Assembly (NCBI GenBank): GCA_016699575.1
Contig: CP064979.1
Coordinates: forward strand, 2,576,824 to 2,640,823
Direction: 5' to 3'
Source: Flavobacteriales bacterium
Lineage (GTDB): Bacteria; Bacteroidota; Bacteroidia; Flavobacteriales_F; PHOS-HE28
Length of the DNA stretch: 64,000 nt
This document shows, one piece after another, positions 38,538-48,694 of the stretch. A program made the translations under genes and the position numbers. A model generated the notes under the pieces. The model saw nothing but the letters and a program-made list of their open reading frames with translations. It had not been told where the DNA came from and made no database searches. Position 1 is the first letter of the stretch; every line of letters begins with the position of its first letter.

Positions 38538-40919
38538 TCAGAGCGCGTAGGTCATCATCACCTGGAACGATCGCGGCGCTTCAACGCTCAACGGGCGTAT
38601 GGCGTACACCTCGTTGCTGATGTTGTTCACGATGAACGAGGCCTGCACCTGCTCGCTCAGTTTCCATTGCACGCGCGCGTCGAGGATCCAATCGCCGCTG
38701 TTGTGGTCCGTCATCCACTGATCCACGCCCGTTGCCAACTGGCCTGACCGGTCGAGGTTCACGAAGATGACGTCGATGTTGCGCACATGGCTGTTGTAAC
38801 GCACGCTGAACCCGAAGCCGAAGCGCTTGTAGTTCATCTGCACATCGCTGCGGAACATTTCCTCCACGCGGAACTTCAGCACGTTGTCCACATTGGTGTA
38901 GCTCGTGTTGTTGTACGTGCTTGCCGGGAAGCTGGCGCCTTGTTGGGTGGCTTCGGCGTAAACGAAGTCGGGAGTGGTGCTGACGGGTTTGGTCTTGGTA
39001 TAGCCGATCAGGGTGCTCACCTCCACCATGCCGATCTTCCCTTTTGCCGCAAGCTCCAGTTCCAGACCTGTCACGCGTGCGTTGCCGGTGTTGGTGCTGC
39101 GGAAGCCCAGGCCGAGGAAGTTGTCGATGGTGACGGCGCCCCACTGCCCGAAGGTGAACTCGATGTAGTTTGCGTATTCCTGCTGGAAGACGACAGCATC
39201 GAAGTAGCCGCTGAAGTTGCCGATCTTGAAGCCTTGCTTCAGGCCGCCTTCCAGGTTCCAGCTCTCTTCGGGCTGAAGACCGGGATTCGGATAGATGTTC
39301 AACTGCCCCACGCTGGTGGTGATGAACCGCTCGCCGATGGTGGGGAAGCGGTAGCCCTGGCCGTAGCTGGCGCGCAGGTAGGTGGCCTTATGGAACCGAA
39401 AGGTTGTGCCTGCGCGGAAAACGGGTTGCTCCTGCGTGTCATCATTCACCTTGAAGTGCTCGTAGCGCATGCCGCCGCTCAGCATCCAGCGGTCGAAGAA
39501 CTTCTTGTCCAGTTGCAGATAACCGCTGGCGTTCACTGCGGTGTTGGTGCTGTTGCCCTCCACGTTGCCGCTGTAGAGCTCGCTGTTGCTGATGGTGCTC
39601 TGCCCGCTGAAGCCGGCCGTCACGTTCATTTCGCCGAGCAGGTCCACCTTCTGCTGTATCTGGTACTCGCCGTAGAGGAAGTCGCTGGCGTTGCTCTGGC
39701 CGTTGTCGTTGTCGAAGATCTGCCGGTACCAGCGGCCGCGCAGGCTGTGCTTGGTGCCGCGCGCGCCGAAGTAGTTCACGTACGGGTCAACGTACACCTG
39801 CGTGCCCACGGTGCGGGTAACCGTGCCGGGCTCCGGGCGAAGGATGTTATCGCTGCCGTTGTCCCAGATGAACACGCTGGTGCTACGGCTTTTCATGGCG
39901 TTGGCGTTGATGCCGTAGTTGAGGCCCTTGATCTTCTTGCTCCGGTAACGCGTCGCCACATTGAAGCGGACGCGGTTCTCATAACCGCCGGGACCCACCC
40001 GCAACGGATCACCGATGCTGTCCGCCGGCAGTGGTTCTGGGCCCACGTATCCCGCATCGGACCATGCGTTGCCGCCGAGCACCAGATCGAACCGCCCGAA
40101 CTGACGGCTATGGAAGAAGTTGGCGCCGCTGAACAACGGAGAGTTGTTGTCCCACCAGCGCGCCGGCTCGTGCCCGGGGCCATCGTACATGCCGGCGAAC
40201 ACGTTCACGCGCGTCTGTGGCTCCAAGCGCGGATAGGCCGTGCGCACGTTGATGACGCCGGTGAGCGCCGCGCTTCCGTAGAGCACGCTGCTCGCGCCTT
40301 TCATCACCTCGATCTGTTCCAGGTTCTCCGTGGGCAGGAAGGCCCACTGAGCGCGGCCGATGTCGCCGCTGAGGACCGGCAGATCGTCCACGAGCAGCAT
40401 CACACGGCTGCCCGCACCGTAGCTGAACCCGCTGCCACTGCGGATCTGCGGGTCCTCGTCGATGATGATGACGCCCGGCACCTGGTCCAGCGCCTCGCTC
40501 ACCTTCATGTTGTTCTTGTTGCGCACCAGTTCGGTGGGCAGCACGCTCAGGCTTTGTGTCACTTCACCTACGCGCTGCTTGAATTTCCCGGCGCTCACCA
40601 CCACCTGGTCCAGCTGCTTGGCCGTGGCCTTCAACCCGGCATCCAGCGTTACGTCCTGTCCTGCCACGGTGGTCACGGTCAGTTGCACAGGCTCGTAACC
40701 GATCATGCTGAAGGTCACGGTCAGCGCTCCCTTCGGCGCTACAACGCGGAACGTGCCATCGAGGTCGGTACTGGTGCCTTGGCCAACGGCCCATGAAACA
40801 CCGGCGCCGTATAAGGGTTCCTTGGTTTCGGCATCGGTAACGGAACCCACCAGCACGGCGTCCTGCGCGGTCAAGGTGGTGACAAGGAAAGCGCAAAGCG
40901 CGAAGAGGCAGATCCGCAT
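38538..40919 (-). CDS. TonB-dependent receptor with N-terminal carboxypeptidase-regulatory-like domain
   Basis: Signal peptide, then GSVTDAETKEPLYGAGV (CarboxypepD_reg). There is a plug domain with a TonB box and a C-terminal beta-barrel ending in aromatic residues. Confidence 0.9.
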   Translation of the reverse strand: MRICLFALCAFLVTTLTAQDAVLVGSVTDAETKEPLYGAGVSWAVGQGTSTDLDGTFRVVAPKGALTVTFSMIGYEPVQLTVTTVAGQDVTLDAGLKATAKQLDQVVVSAGKFKQRVGEVTQSLSVLPTELVRNKNNMKVSEALDQVPGVIIIDEDPQIRSGSGFSYGAGSRVMLLVDDLPVLSGDIGRAQWAFLPTENLEQIEVMKGASSVLYGSAALTGVINVRTAYPRLEPQTRVNVFAGMYDGPGHEPARWWDNNSPLFSGANFFHSRQFGRFDLVLGGNAWSDAGYVGPEPLPADSIGDPLRVGPGGYENRVRFNVATRYRSKKIKGLNYGINANAMKSRSTSVFIWDNGSDNILRPEPGTVTRTVGTQVYVDPYVNYFGARGTKHSLRGRWYRQIFDNDNGQSNASDFLYGEYQIQQKVDLLGEMNVTAGFSGQSTISNSELYSGNVEGNSTNTAVNASGYLQLDKKFFDRWMLSGGMRYEHFKVNDDTQEQPVFRAGTTFRFHKATYLRASYGQGYRFPTIGERFITTSVGQLNIYPNPGLQPEESWNLEGGLKQGFKIGNFSGYFDAVVFQQEYANYIEFTFGQWGAVTIDNFLGLGFRSTNTGNARVTGLELELAAKGKIGMVEVSTLIGYTKTKPVSTTPDFVYAEATQQGASFPASTYNNTSYTNVDNVLKFRVEEMFRSDVQMNYKRFGFGFSVRYNSHVRNIDVIFVNLDRSGQLATGVDQWMTDHNSGDWILDARVQWKLSEQVQASFIVNNISNEVYAIRPLSVEAPRSFQVMMTYAL

Positions 40920-41029
40920 ACGGGTGGGTGTCGGGCGAATGTATTCCTATCGCAGTTGCGACCAAGTTGGCCGGACAACGCCGCCGCGTTCGCATATTGT
41001 CACCGGGGCTTCGACGGTAATCCCGTCGG

Positions 41030-42148
41030 ATGCACCGTTCCATGGACGACCGCACACTGGTGCACCGTATCGCGCTCAGCATGCTCAAAGGCATCGGCCC
41101 GGTGAACGCGCGCAACTTGGTGGCGTACTGCGGCGGTGTGGATGTGCTCTTCACCGACAAACACATCAGGCGGAAGCTTGATAGTGTACCGGGCATAGGT
41201 GCAAAGCTCATCGGCAACATCCTCGACCGGTCGGTGCTTCAACAGGCCGAACGTGAACTGGAGTATGTGCGCAAGCATGATGTGCGTGTGCTTTTCTACC
41301 TCGATGACGATTACCCGAAACGATTGCGCAACTGCGAGGACGCGCCCGTGCTGCTCTTCGCCAAAGGCAACACGGACCTGGATGCGCAACGCACCGTGAG
41401 CATCGTAGGCACCCGCCAACCCACCGAGCACGGCAAGCTCACCTGCGAGCAGCTGGTGGAAGAGCTGGTGCCCACTGGTGCCACCATCATCAGCGGACTG
41501 GCTTACGGTATAGATATCACCGCGCACCGTGCCGCGTTGAGGCACAAACTGCCAACGGTGGCCAGCGTTGCGCACGGCCTGGACAAATGCTACCCCAGCG
41601 AACATGCGGCCACCGCACGTCAAATGATGCGGCACGGCGCACTGGTCAGCGAACTGCCGAGCGGGTCACCGTTCGCTCCGGGCAATTTCCCCGCACGCAA
41701 CCGCATCATCGCCGGCTTGGGCGATTGCACCATTGTGGTGGAAAGCGGGCCCAAGGGCGGTTCGCTCATCACGGCCGACATCGCCAACAGCTACGACCGC
41801 GATGTGATGGCCATTCCAGGGCGTGTTGCCGACACCCGCAGCCTCGGATGCAACGCCCTCATCAAGCAGAATAAGGCAGCGCTGATCACCGGGGCGGAAG
41901 ACATCATCAAGGCGATGGGGTGGGAGGAACGCAAGAAGAAGGCCCCCAAGCAATCCGCGCTCTTCGTGGACCTGAGCCCGGAGGAGCAGCAGTTGGTGGA
42001 AGTGCTCAAGAAAAGCGGCAAAGCGGAGATCGACGAGCTCTGCCTTCACAGCCGCATGCCGCAAGGCAAGGTGGCCGCGCTGCTGCTGAACATGGAGTTC
42101 AATGGCGTGGTGAAAAGCCTGCCCGGCAAGGTGTGGGCGCTGGCGTGA
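41030..42148 (+). CDS. dprA: DNA-processing protein DprA
   Basis: ...VSIVGTRQPTEHG..IISGLAYGID..IVVESGPKGGSLITA... is a DprA Rossmann-like fold with a C-terminal wHTH. Confidence 0.9.
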   Translation: MHRSMDDRTLVHRIALSMLKGIGPVNARNLVAYCGGVDVLFTDKHIRRKLDSVPGIGAKLIGNILDRSVLQQAERELEYVRKHDVRVLFYLDDDYPKRLRNCEDAPVLLFAKGNTDLDAQRTVSIVGTRQPTEHGKLTCEQLVEELVPTGATIISGLAYGIDITAHRAALRHKLPTVASVAHGLDKCYPSEHAATARQMMRHGALVSELPSGSPFAPGNFPARNRIIAGLGDCTIVVESGPKGGSLITADIANSYDRDVMAIPGRVADTRSLGCNALIKQNKAALITGAEDIIKAMGWEERKKKAPKQSALFVDLSPEEQQLVEVLKKSGKAEIDELCLHSRMPQGKVAALLLNMEFNGVVKSLPGKVWALA

Positions 42149-42158
42149 AGGAGCGCGA

Positions 42159-44081
42159 TCAGTACTCGCCGCCCACCTTCCGGCGTGCCATGCTCTCAGC
42201 GGTGCATGCGGGTAGTTTCACGGGAACGGTGACGACCGGCAGGTCCTCGTTCAAGGAGATCATGAAAGCTTCCAACGCGCGCTTTTCCGTTTCGGACAGG
42301 TGGAGACTATCGCTGGAAAGCGTCTGGTTCGGCACATCGAGCCCGCGCCCGGCACCGCCACCGTTGTTGTAGTGGTCGATCGTTTGCCGCAGCGTGCGGA
42401 ACACGCCGTTGTGCATGTAGGGCGCCGTGCGTGCGATGTTCCGCAGGCCACCGGTGCGGAAGGCATGGTCCATTTCCGGTTCCGGCAGCGCATCGAAACG
42501 ACCGCGGTCCTCGCTGAGCGCGGTGTAGGCCGTATCGGCCGGCGTGCCGATCACTTCGAACTCGTTACTGCCGTACGGCGGTTTCACCCCGTTGAAGTGC
42601 GGCACGAAATGGCAGGTGGCGCACTCGGCCTTGCCCATGAACAGGTTGAACCCGTGCACGACTTCCGCCGGTGCCGCCGCCTTGCCCTGCATGGCCCTGT
42701 CGAACGGCGATAAGCCGGTGCTCTGCCGGGTGTAGAAGTAGGTGATGGCGGAGAGTACGTGGTGCGGTCCGATCCCCGTCAACCTGGGTGTGTACTTGAG
42801 CAGCGGTGTGAAGCCCTTGACGTACTCGGGGCTGCGCTGCACGCGGTCGATCACGGCGGTCATTTCGCCGCCCATTTCGCGCGCATCGCTGATCACCGCA
42901 TGTGCTTGTGCGCGCAAGTGCGCGTGCCTGCCATCGTGCATCAGCAAGTGGTTCAGGTCGGCGTTGATGAGCGTGGGCGCGTTGCGGTCCAGGGTGCCTT
43001 GGTGGTCGAACACGATGGGCGTAGCACGCGTGGTGTCGGTGAAGGCCATCGCTGAGGAATGGCACGAGGCACAGCTGCGCTGTCCGTTCCCGGAAAGGAG
43101 CGGGTCGAAGTAGAGCTGGCGTCCGAGCTCTTCTAAGCGCTTCAGGTCTGCAGCATCCGTCACCTGCGCGAACACGCCCTTGCCATCCTGTGCGCTGTAG
43201 AGCCCTTTGCTGAAGAGCTCGCGCTCGGTGGGGCTCAGTGCATAGTCCACCGTGCTGCTGCTGCGCACGCCGTAGCGAGCTATCATATCCTGCACGGAGC
43301 GGTACAACGGTGCCACATGGTTGCGCAGGAAGGTGTACCTGTCAAAGGCGTCAGCATCGTTCGGCGCGGCTTGCACGAACTCCAATGCGGCCGAGTACAA
43401 GCGTTGGTGTTCAGGTGTGATCGGCGTGCTGGGGTAGGTGGCGTTGAAGGCCGCATGCGCTTCCAGTCCCGCGCTCAACAAGGCTTCCAGCTCGGGCACC
43501 AGCCGGTCGGCGTCCGGGCACTCGAAGCCTGTGGTGTAAATGGCGGCCAGGTTGAGGATCTGCAGTCGTTCGCAGAAAAGGAAATGGTCAGGCTGGGCCA
43601 GCTTGGCCGACAGACCCTTGTAGCGTTGTACAGCTTCTTGGGCAGGGGCCAGGAGCGAGCGAAGGGCTTCACGGGTCGGATGCTCTTCATCGGTCATGTG
43701 AAGCTCGGCCAGGATCAAGCCCGCACCGGTCCGCTTATGCGGGCGTCCGTTCTTCTCGTACGCTTCAGACTCCCACTCCACCGGTAATGGACCATTGATC
43801 GAGCGGTACCCGACCGGATCGAGGTAGCGCAACCAGAGATCGGCGCGCTTCACGGCTAGACGCGCTTCGTGCAGTGAAGCCAGGATGATGGCGCGCCCGT
43901 TCTCCGTGGCCGGATCTTGCGCATCCACGGTGTGCAGCGCCTTCTCCAGCGCTTTATCCACAGCGGTAACGCGTTCAATGAAAAGTGTGGGGTAGGCCGC
44001 GTCGTTCTCGCGGTAACCGGCGCCGAGGAACGCAGTGCACAGCGCCACCACCGCTCCGATGACCATCCACTTCGCACGCAT
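42159..44081 (-). CDS. Di-haem cytochrome c peroxidase-family protein with ~300-aa N-terminal extension
   Basis: Two CxxCH motifs (CASCH, CATCH) and the CCP/MauG-family signature ..PYMHNG.. are present. There is a signal peptide from the ATG at 44081. Confidence 0.85.
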   Translation of the reverse strand: MRAKWMVIGAVVALCTAFLGAGYRENDAAYPTLFIERVTAVDKALEKALHTVDAQDPATENGRAIILASLHEARLAVKRADLWLRYLDPVGYRSINGPLPVEWESEAYEKNGRPHKRTGAGLILAELHMTDEEHPTREALRSLLAPAQEAVQRYKGLSAKLAQPDHFLFCERLQILNLAAIYTTGFECPDADRLVPELEALLSAGLEAHAAFNATYPSTPITPEHQRLYSAALEFVQAAPNDADAFDRYTFLRNHVAPLYRSVQDMIARYGVRSSSTVDYALSPTERELFSKGLYSAQDGKGVFAQVTDAADLKRLEELGRQLYFDPLLSGNGQRSCASCHSSAMAFTDTTRATPIVFDHQGTLDRNAPTLINADLNHLLMHDGRHAHLRAQAHAVISDAREMGGEMTAVIDRVQRSPEYVKGFTPLLKYTPRLTGIGPHHVLSAITYFYTRQSTGLSPFDRAMQGKAAAPAEVVHGFNLFMGKAECATCHFVPHFNGVKPPYGSNEFEVIGTPADTAYTALSEDRGRFDALPEPEMDHAFRTGGLRNIARTAPYMHNGVFRTLRQTIDHYNNGGGAGRGLDVPNQTLSSDSLHLSETEKRALEAFMISLNEDLPVVTVPVKLPACTAESMARRKVGGEY

Positions 44082-44223
44082 GGCCGGCGAAAGTACCCCG
44101 GCGTCCAACTGTTATGCCTGCCGACTGTCAGTCCATTGTCATAGTGGTAAGCAACCCGCATCAGACCGCAGTTCGGAAAATCCTTTTCTTGCCGCACGAA
44201 CGAACGTCATACCCGCCCATTCC

Positions 44224-44595
44224 ATGGACACATCCAATACCGGCCGCATCGATCAGCCTCTTCCACCCTTGGGTGGCCCTGAGCCCATTCCCAATTCCAC
44301 CACGGCTCTTGTGCTGGGCATCTTGTCCATTGTGTTCTGCTGGTGCTATGGCGTTATCGGCTTGACGCTCGGGATCGTGGCCTTGGTGCTGGCGAACAAA
44401 GGCAGGAAGCTCGATGCCCAGAACCCGGGCTTTTACACCCCTGGCTCGCGCAACAACCTGAACGCCGGACGTGTCTGCGGGATCATCGGCATTTGCCTCT
44501 CGTCGATCTACGTCGTGTTCCTTATCATCTACGTCTTCATCATCGGAGCTGCGTTTATGACCCTGCCTTTGCAGGAGCTCATGAACCAGCAGTAG
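44224..44595 (+). CDS. DUF4190-like small membrane protein
   Basis: ..TALVLGILSIVFCWCYGVIGLTLGIVALVLANKG.. Two TM helices with a CW/CY motif. Confidence 0.6.
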   Translation: MDTSNTGRIDQPLPPLGGPEPIPNSTTALVLGILSIVFCWCYGVIGLTLGIVALVLANKGRKLDAQNPGFYTPGSRNNLNAGRVCGIIGICLSSIYVVFLIIYVFIIGAAFMTLPLQELMNQQ

Positions 44596-44634
44596 TTCTG
44601 GAATGGATGGTCGAAGCTTTCGACGCACTGTCCA

Positions 44635-44925
44635 ATGGATGAGCTGGAGCAGCACTTGTTGCCGTGCTTCTACAAGCAATACTTCGGCGTTGATTGCCCG
44701 GGTTGCGGCATGCAACGATCAATGGTCGCTCTGCTGGAGGGCAACTTCTCCGAGAGTTTCCACTTGTTCCCTGCGTTGGTCCCGATGATGGTCATGCTGG
44801 GCTTCCTCGCCCTGCACTTGGTGTTCAAGTTCGAGCGGGGCGGCACCTGGTTGAAGTACATGTTCATCGGTGTAGCGGCCATCGTTACGGTGAACTATGT
44901 GTGGAAGATGGTGTGCGCGCAGTAG
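44635..44925 (+). CDS. DUF2752-family small membrane protein
   Basis: CPGCGMQR motif near the N-terminus, then two TM helices. It is immediately downstream of the DUF4190-like gene. Confidence 0.65.
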   Translation: MDELEQHLLPCFYKQYFGVDCPGCGMQRSMVALLEGNFSESFHLFPALVPMMVMLGFLALHLVFKFERGGTWLKYMFIGVAAIVTVNYVWKMVCAQ

Positions 44926-45039
44926 GAACGGCCGATTGGTTGTGCTGGCTATCGGCACAGGCTCAACTTCCCACAGCGCCAGGTCTTTCGCGACGGAGTG
45001 GTTCCATTGAACGTGCCTGACGGTCTCTATTGTCAGGTG

Positions 45040-45250
45040 GAGCGTGTCTTGGGGCGGAGTGAGGGCTTCTCGCACGGCGCTGACCTTGTCCTTTTAGGGG
45101 CGGAGATCTTCTTGGAAGGCTTGAAGAGCTTGTTGTCAAGGGCGGAGGGCTTCTTGGAAAGGGCGATGAGGTTGTTGGGAGGGTGGGAGTGGATGTTTTG
45201 TCAGGGAGAGAGGCTTTTGGAGCGGTGTGCGAGCGTTTGCCAACACCAAG
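45040..45250. repeat. Degenerate ~43-bp tandem repeat array (4-5 units) in a 660-bp gene-free gap
   Basis: Units share GGGCGGAG..GGCTTCTTGGAAAGGGCGA-like cores. The array is followed by the hairpin ccacctttt-gctcgcc-aaaaggtgg at 45259-45283. Confidence 0.4.
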
Positions 45251-45585
45251 TCGTTTCCACCTTTTGCTCGCCAAAAGGTGGAGCCAAAAGGCGCCCACGA
45301 TCAAAGCACTGGCCCAGCCCACGCAAGGCCCACGCACGGCCTTCGGGCTGGGCCGTGCCGCGCTGATCGTGGACATCCCCGCACGACTGCCTGCCGAGGC
45401 AAACACGCGAGGGCAAGCGGGGTAATACAGGGTACCGGTGACGCTGCTTTGTTAAATGGTACCGTTGCTGAGATCGGGTGGCGGAAATGCACGGTGGGCG
45501 TGGGTTTGGACGTTGATGAGTGCGAGCCCGGGCATTGTGCCCGGGAACCGAAGGGCGGCCGGACCGCCCAGTAAAACCAAGTACC

Positions 45586-46272
45586 ATGAAGAAGACCGCT
45601 GAGAACCGCATGAGCATGTTCTATGCGGTGGAGGGGGTGTGCGACAAGCACACGCTCGTGTGGACCCCTTTGGTGCCCTACGCCACGGCCGTGGGCGAAC
45701 TGAAGGACAAGATCCTGTTGTTGGAGGACGCTGTGCAGCTGCAGGAAAGCGAGCTGAAGGGCTACGCCGAGGACAAGCGGCACAAGAAGGAGGCGATGGT
45801 GGACAAGACCCTTGAGGTTGCGCAGGCCACCTACGCCTTGGCGGTGGACAAAGGCGACGATGTGCTGAAGGCCCAAATGGACCACAGCCGCAGCGACCTG
45901 CTGCTGGGCCGCGATACGGTGGTGGGCCAACGCTGCCAGGACGTGCACGACCTGGCCAATGCGGTGGTGGTGCAACTGGCGCCGTACGGCATACTGCCCG
46001 CCGACATGACCGCGCTACAAACGGCCATTAACGCCTACGTGACGGTGGTGGACGCACCGCGTGTGGCGGTGACCGTGCGCAAAGGCGCCACGACGGCCAT
46101 TGACAAGTTGGTGACGGAAGCCACGGCGATCCTGACCGAGCGGATGGACAAGCTGATGGTGGAGTTCAAGAGCAGCGCGCCGGACTTTTGGCAGCAGTAC
46201 TTCGATGCCCGGATCATTGTGGATCTGGGCGGGAAGGAAGAGGACGAAGAACCGCCGCCGCCTACGCCTTAA
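45586..46272 (+). CDS. Hypothetical protein (228 aa, helical, acidic Pro-rich C-terminus)
   Basis: ATG at 45586 (MKKTAENRMSMFYAVEG..). GC3-rich coding pattern. No family assigned. Confidence 0.5.
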   Translation: MKKTAENRMSMFYAVEGVCDKHTLVWTPLVPYATAVGELKDKILLLEDAVQLQESELKGYAEDKRHKKEAMVDKTLEVAQATYALAVDKGDDVLKAQMDHSRSDLLLGRDTVVGQRCQDVHDLANAVVVQLAPYGILPADMTALQTAINAYVTVVDAPRVAVTVRKGATTAIDKLVTEATAILTERMDKLMVEFKSSAPDFWQQYFDARIIVDLGGKEEDEEPPPPTP

Positions 46273-46654
46273 GGCGGTGATGTGGAAGCCCGCGCAGAAG
46301 ACAGCTGCGCAGGGCACACGCCAACAAGTGGCCCTGTTGGCGGCGGCAAGGCCCGGTGAAAGCCGGGCCTTGTTGTTCGTGTGAGGATTTCGGATACGTT
46401 TGGATTGACCATGCACAGGACAGGAGGCGGGCCAGAGGCCATAGAGCGTCCCGGTAGGGACGGGGACTTACTCGGGCAAGACTCGGGCGCGTTCAATGGA
46501 CAACGTTCGAGCGTTTGCGGGGCCTGGAGTGTGGGCGTTTCGCTTTATAGCCGTTGTTGGCTGGCTTTACGAAACCCCCTTCCTCACCCAAGCCCGGATA
46601 TTGACGCAATGCGTTAACCCTCAGTTACCTGCAAGGCTAAAAAACGACACGACA

Positions 46655-48385
46655 ATGAAGAAACTAACTGTAATAATATTGACTTTCTCTTTTGCATTGA
46701 CTGCATTAGGACAGACATTTGAACCTCAAATTTTAATTTTGACACCAAATGAGTTCAAGTACGAAAAAACTTTTGATAAGGAGATAAAATCAGCTAACAA
46801 AGAACTCTCAAAAAGACCAAAGAATTCCGAACAAACCGACTTTGTAAAATCAGAAGAATTTAAAAAGCAGCCTGACAACATTCAAAGAATAACGCTTTCT
46901 GAAATCAGCTTTTCAGAGAAACTTGACTTTTCAAAACAAGCAAGTTTTATTGCACAGCAGTATTTAGCTTATCGTTTTTATGAACGTTTTCCAAATTTGC
47001 TCATTCTACTTTCTAATAACAAATCAAATGGCAGTCCGACAGAATTAAAGAAAATCGCAGACAGTGATAAAATTCAGTATGTTCTAAATTTTCCACGAAT
47101 AGAACTTTATAAAAGAGACGGGATTAGTTTTGCGAAAATAACCGTTCAGCTATATGACAATTCTTCTCAAACCTTTCTAATAAATACCGAATATGAAGGA
47201 GATTGGACAAACCCAGGTTTTGAATTTGCTTGTACTGACAAATCTATTGACTGCACAATTAGCAACGCCTTATCAAAAGCACTTGGAGATGTAATTTATC
47301 AAGTAGCTTCAAACAGTCCGACAATAAAAAGAGACCGAGAACTTGCACAACTTCGTTTTGACGAGCTTGTTTCAAAGTATTATTCAAATACTAACAACAA
47401 GGAGTTTTTAAAACCAATAATTACTCAGCCTGACAGCAATATTGTGTTAAAAGACCAATATCAAATTTTGATAGACCCTTCACAAACTAAGTTTGTTGCC
47501 TTTTTCATAGAACAAGTTTCTGCGCAGGACTTCAAAGCTATGAAAGACAACAAGAGAGATAAAAATGTAAATATCATATCAAGCAAAGACATTAAAGATG
47601 AAGGTTTCTTAGATGATATTCCACAAACTTATGCTTACATTGTTAAGGGTGTAAAACATAATGAAAAGTGGTATTACGAAAAATCAAATGTTACTTACTT
47701 TGAAGCAAAAACTCTTGAAGAAGGCAAACAGAAATATTTTTACAACCTTAATAAATGGAACTTTTTCAAAGAGAACTCAACTGAATTTAATCCTGACTTT
47801 TGGGAAACGAGTCTATTCAAAAAAGTCAAAGACTTAAAACAAGAACCTGATTGGGACAAATACGGTGAAACTATATGGAAAACTCAAGAAGTAAACGACC
47901 GTCCTTATATTGGTCATTATGAAATTGTCGCCAATCAACTAAAAAAAGATGCTTCAGCGAAATCAGAAAACTTTGACCGAAAAATAATTGAAGAAATAAC
48001 ACGACCACTTTCTGAAAAAATCAAGATAGAAGGAAATTACGAGATTGTTTCTCTAAAACAAATGTCAAAGGACTATTTGTTAATCTACCCTACGGACAAA
48101 TCAATTATACTGACCCCTATTAAAGTCAAAGAAAAAGATGGAGAAATGTTTATAAGATACTTTGTTCTTATTCCAAACAAAGACAGTTATGACATTTATG
48201 AATGGAATTACTTAGACCCGAAAAAATTTAAGAACTCGCAATTGGGACCGAGTTTTATGGACCAAATCAATACTTTGACAACTTGGAATTTTTCATACAA
48301 AAATTTAGACGACAAAGATTTTTGGGAAAAGTATGTATTATTAAAAGTAGGTGACAACTATAAATACCTAACCAAAAGACAATGA
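46655..48385 (+). CDS. Hypothetical secreted protein, AT-rich (cassette 1, 576 aa)
   Basis: ATG at 46655. Signal peptide MKKLTVIILTFSFALTALGQ. The protein is Lys/Asn/Glu-rich. Its codon usage is completely different from the flanking genes. Confidence 0.65.
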   Translation: MKKLTVIILTFSFALTALGQTFEPQILILTPNEFKYEKTFDKEIKSANKELSKRPKNSEQTDFVKSEEFKKQPDNIQRITLSEISFSEKLDFSKQASFIAQQYLAYRFYERFPNLLILLSNNKSNGSPTELKKIADSDKIQYVLNFPRIELYKRDGISFAKITVQLYDNSSQTFLINTEYEGDWTNPGFEFACTDKSIDCTISNALSKALGDVIYQVASNSPTIKRDRELAQLRFDELVSKYYSNTNNKEFLKPIITQPDSNIVLKDQYQILIDPSQTKFVAFFIEQVSAQDFKAMKDNKRDKNVNIISSKDIKDEGFLDDIPQTYAYIVKGVKHNEKWYYEKSNVTYFEAKTLEEGKQKYFYNLNKWNFFKENSTEFNPDFWETSLFKKVKDLKQEPDWDKYGETIWKTQEVNDRPYIGHYEIVANQLKKDASAKSENFDRKIIEEITRPLSEKIKIEGNYEIVSLKQMSKDYLLIYPTDKSIILTPIKVKEKDGEMFIRYFVLIPNKDSYDIYEWNYLDPKKFKNSQLGPSFMDQINTLTTWNFSYKNLDDKDFWEKYVLLKVGDNYKYLTKRQ

Positions 48386-48407
48386 CAACAAAGAGAAGCC
48401 CAGCAGG

Positions 48408-48537
48408 TAACAGCACCTACCCAAAAGTGGCGGTTCAGTGGTTAAATCAAGCTTTGTGCTTTTATCAAAGTTTGTGCTTGGTTGACAGTGAAGTGCTTCG
48501 AAATCGCCACCTTCGGGTAGCTGCAAAACGTTATAGG
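48408..48537 (+). repeat. attC-like imperfect palindromic element 1 (~130 bp)
   Basis: Left end TAACAGCACCTACCCAAAAGTGGCGG. Right end CGCCACCTTCGGGTAGCTGCAAAACGTTATAG (inverse complement with bulges). There is an internal direct repeat TTTGTGCTT x2. It ends with a GTTA.. core-like motif. It begins 23 bp after the ORF stop. Confidence 0.5.
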
Positions 48538-48694
48538 GCATTTTAAAAGACTACAAAAGCACGACAAAAATGATAGTTCGGAGGGAAAAATATTCATACA
48601 ATCCAATAATGCAAAACCTTATTTTTTCTAAATTTGGAAAGACATTGAAAAATAATTTTTAGGTCAATTCGATTAACACAATAAAAAAGAAAAT

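Noticed and set aside
38787-40796. 669-aa plus-strand ORF
   Set aside because: It is antisense to the TonB-dependent receptor. It has a repetitive Ala/Val/Glu-rich translation and no domain.
45040-45250. Possible CRISPR array
   Set aside because: The units are irregular in length and degenerate. There are no conserved repeats with unique spacers, and no cas genes are nearby.
44998-45366. 122-aa ORF (and its 147-aa antisense partner) in the 45 kb gap
   Set aside because: Both reading frames merely translate the degenerate tandem DNA repeat. There is no start context, and the peptides are low-complexity.
46381-46617. 78-aa ORF upstream of cassette 1
   Set aside because: It has no start context or homology. 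The region is better read as intergenic sequence: promoter, with a possible attachment-site junction at 46611-46617.
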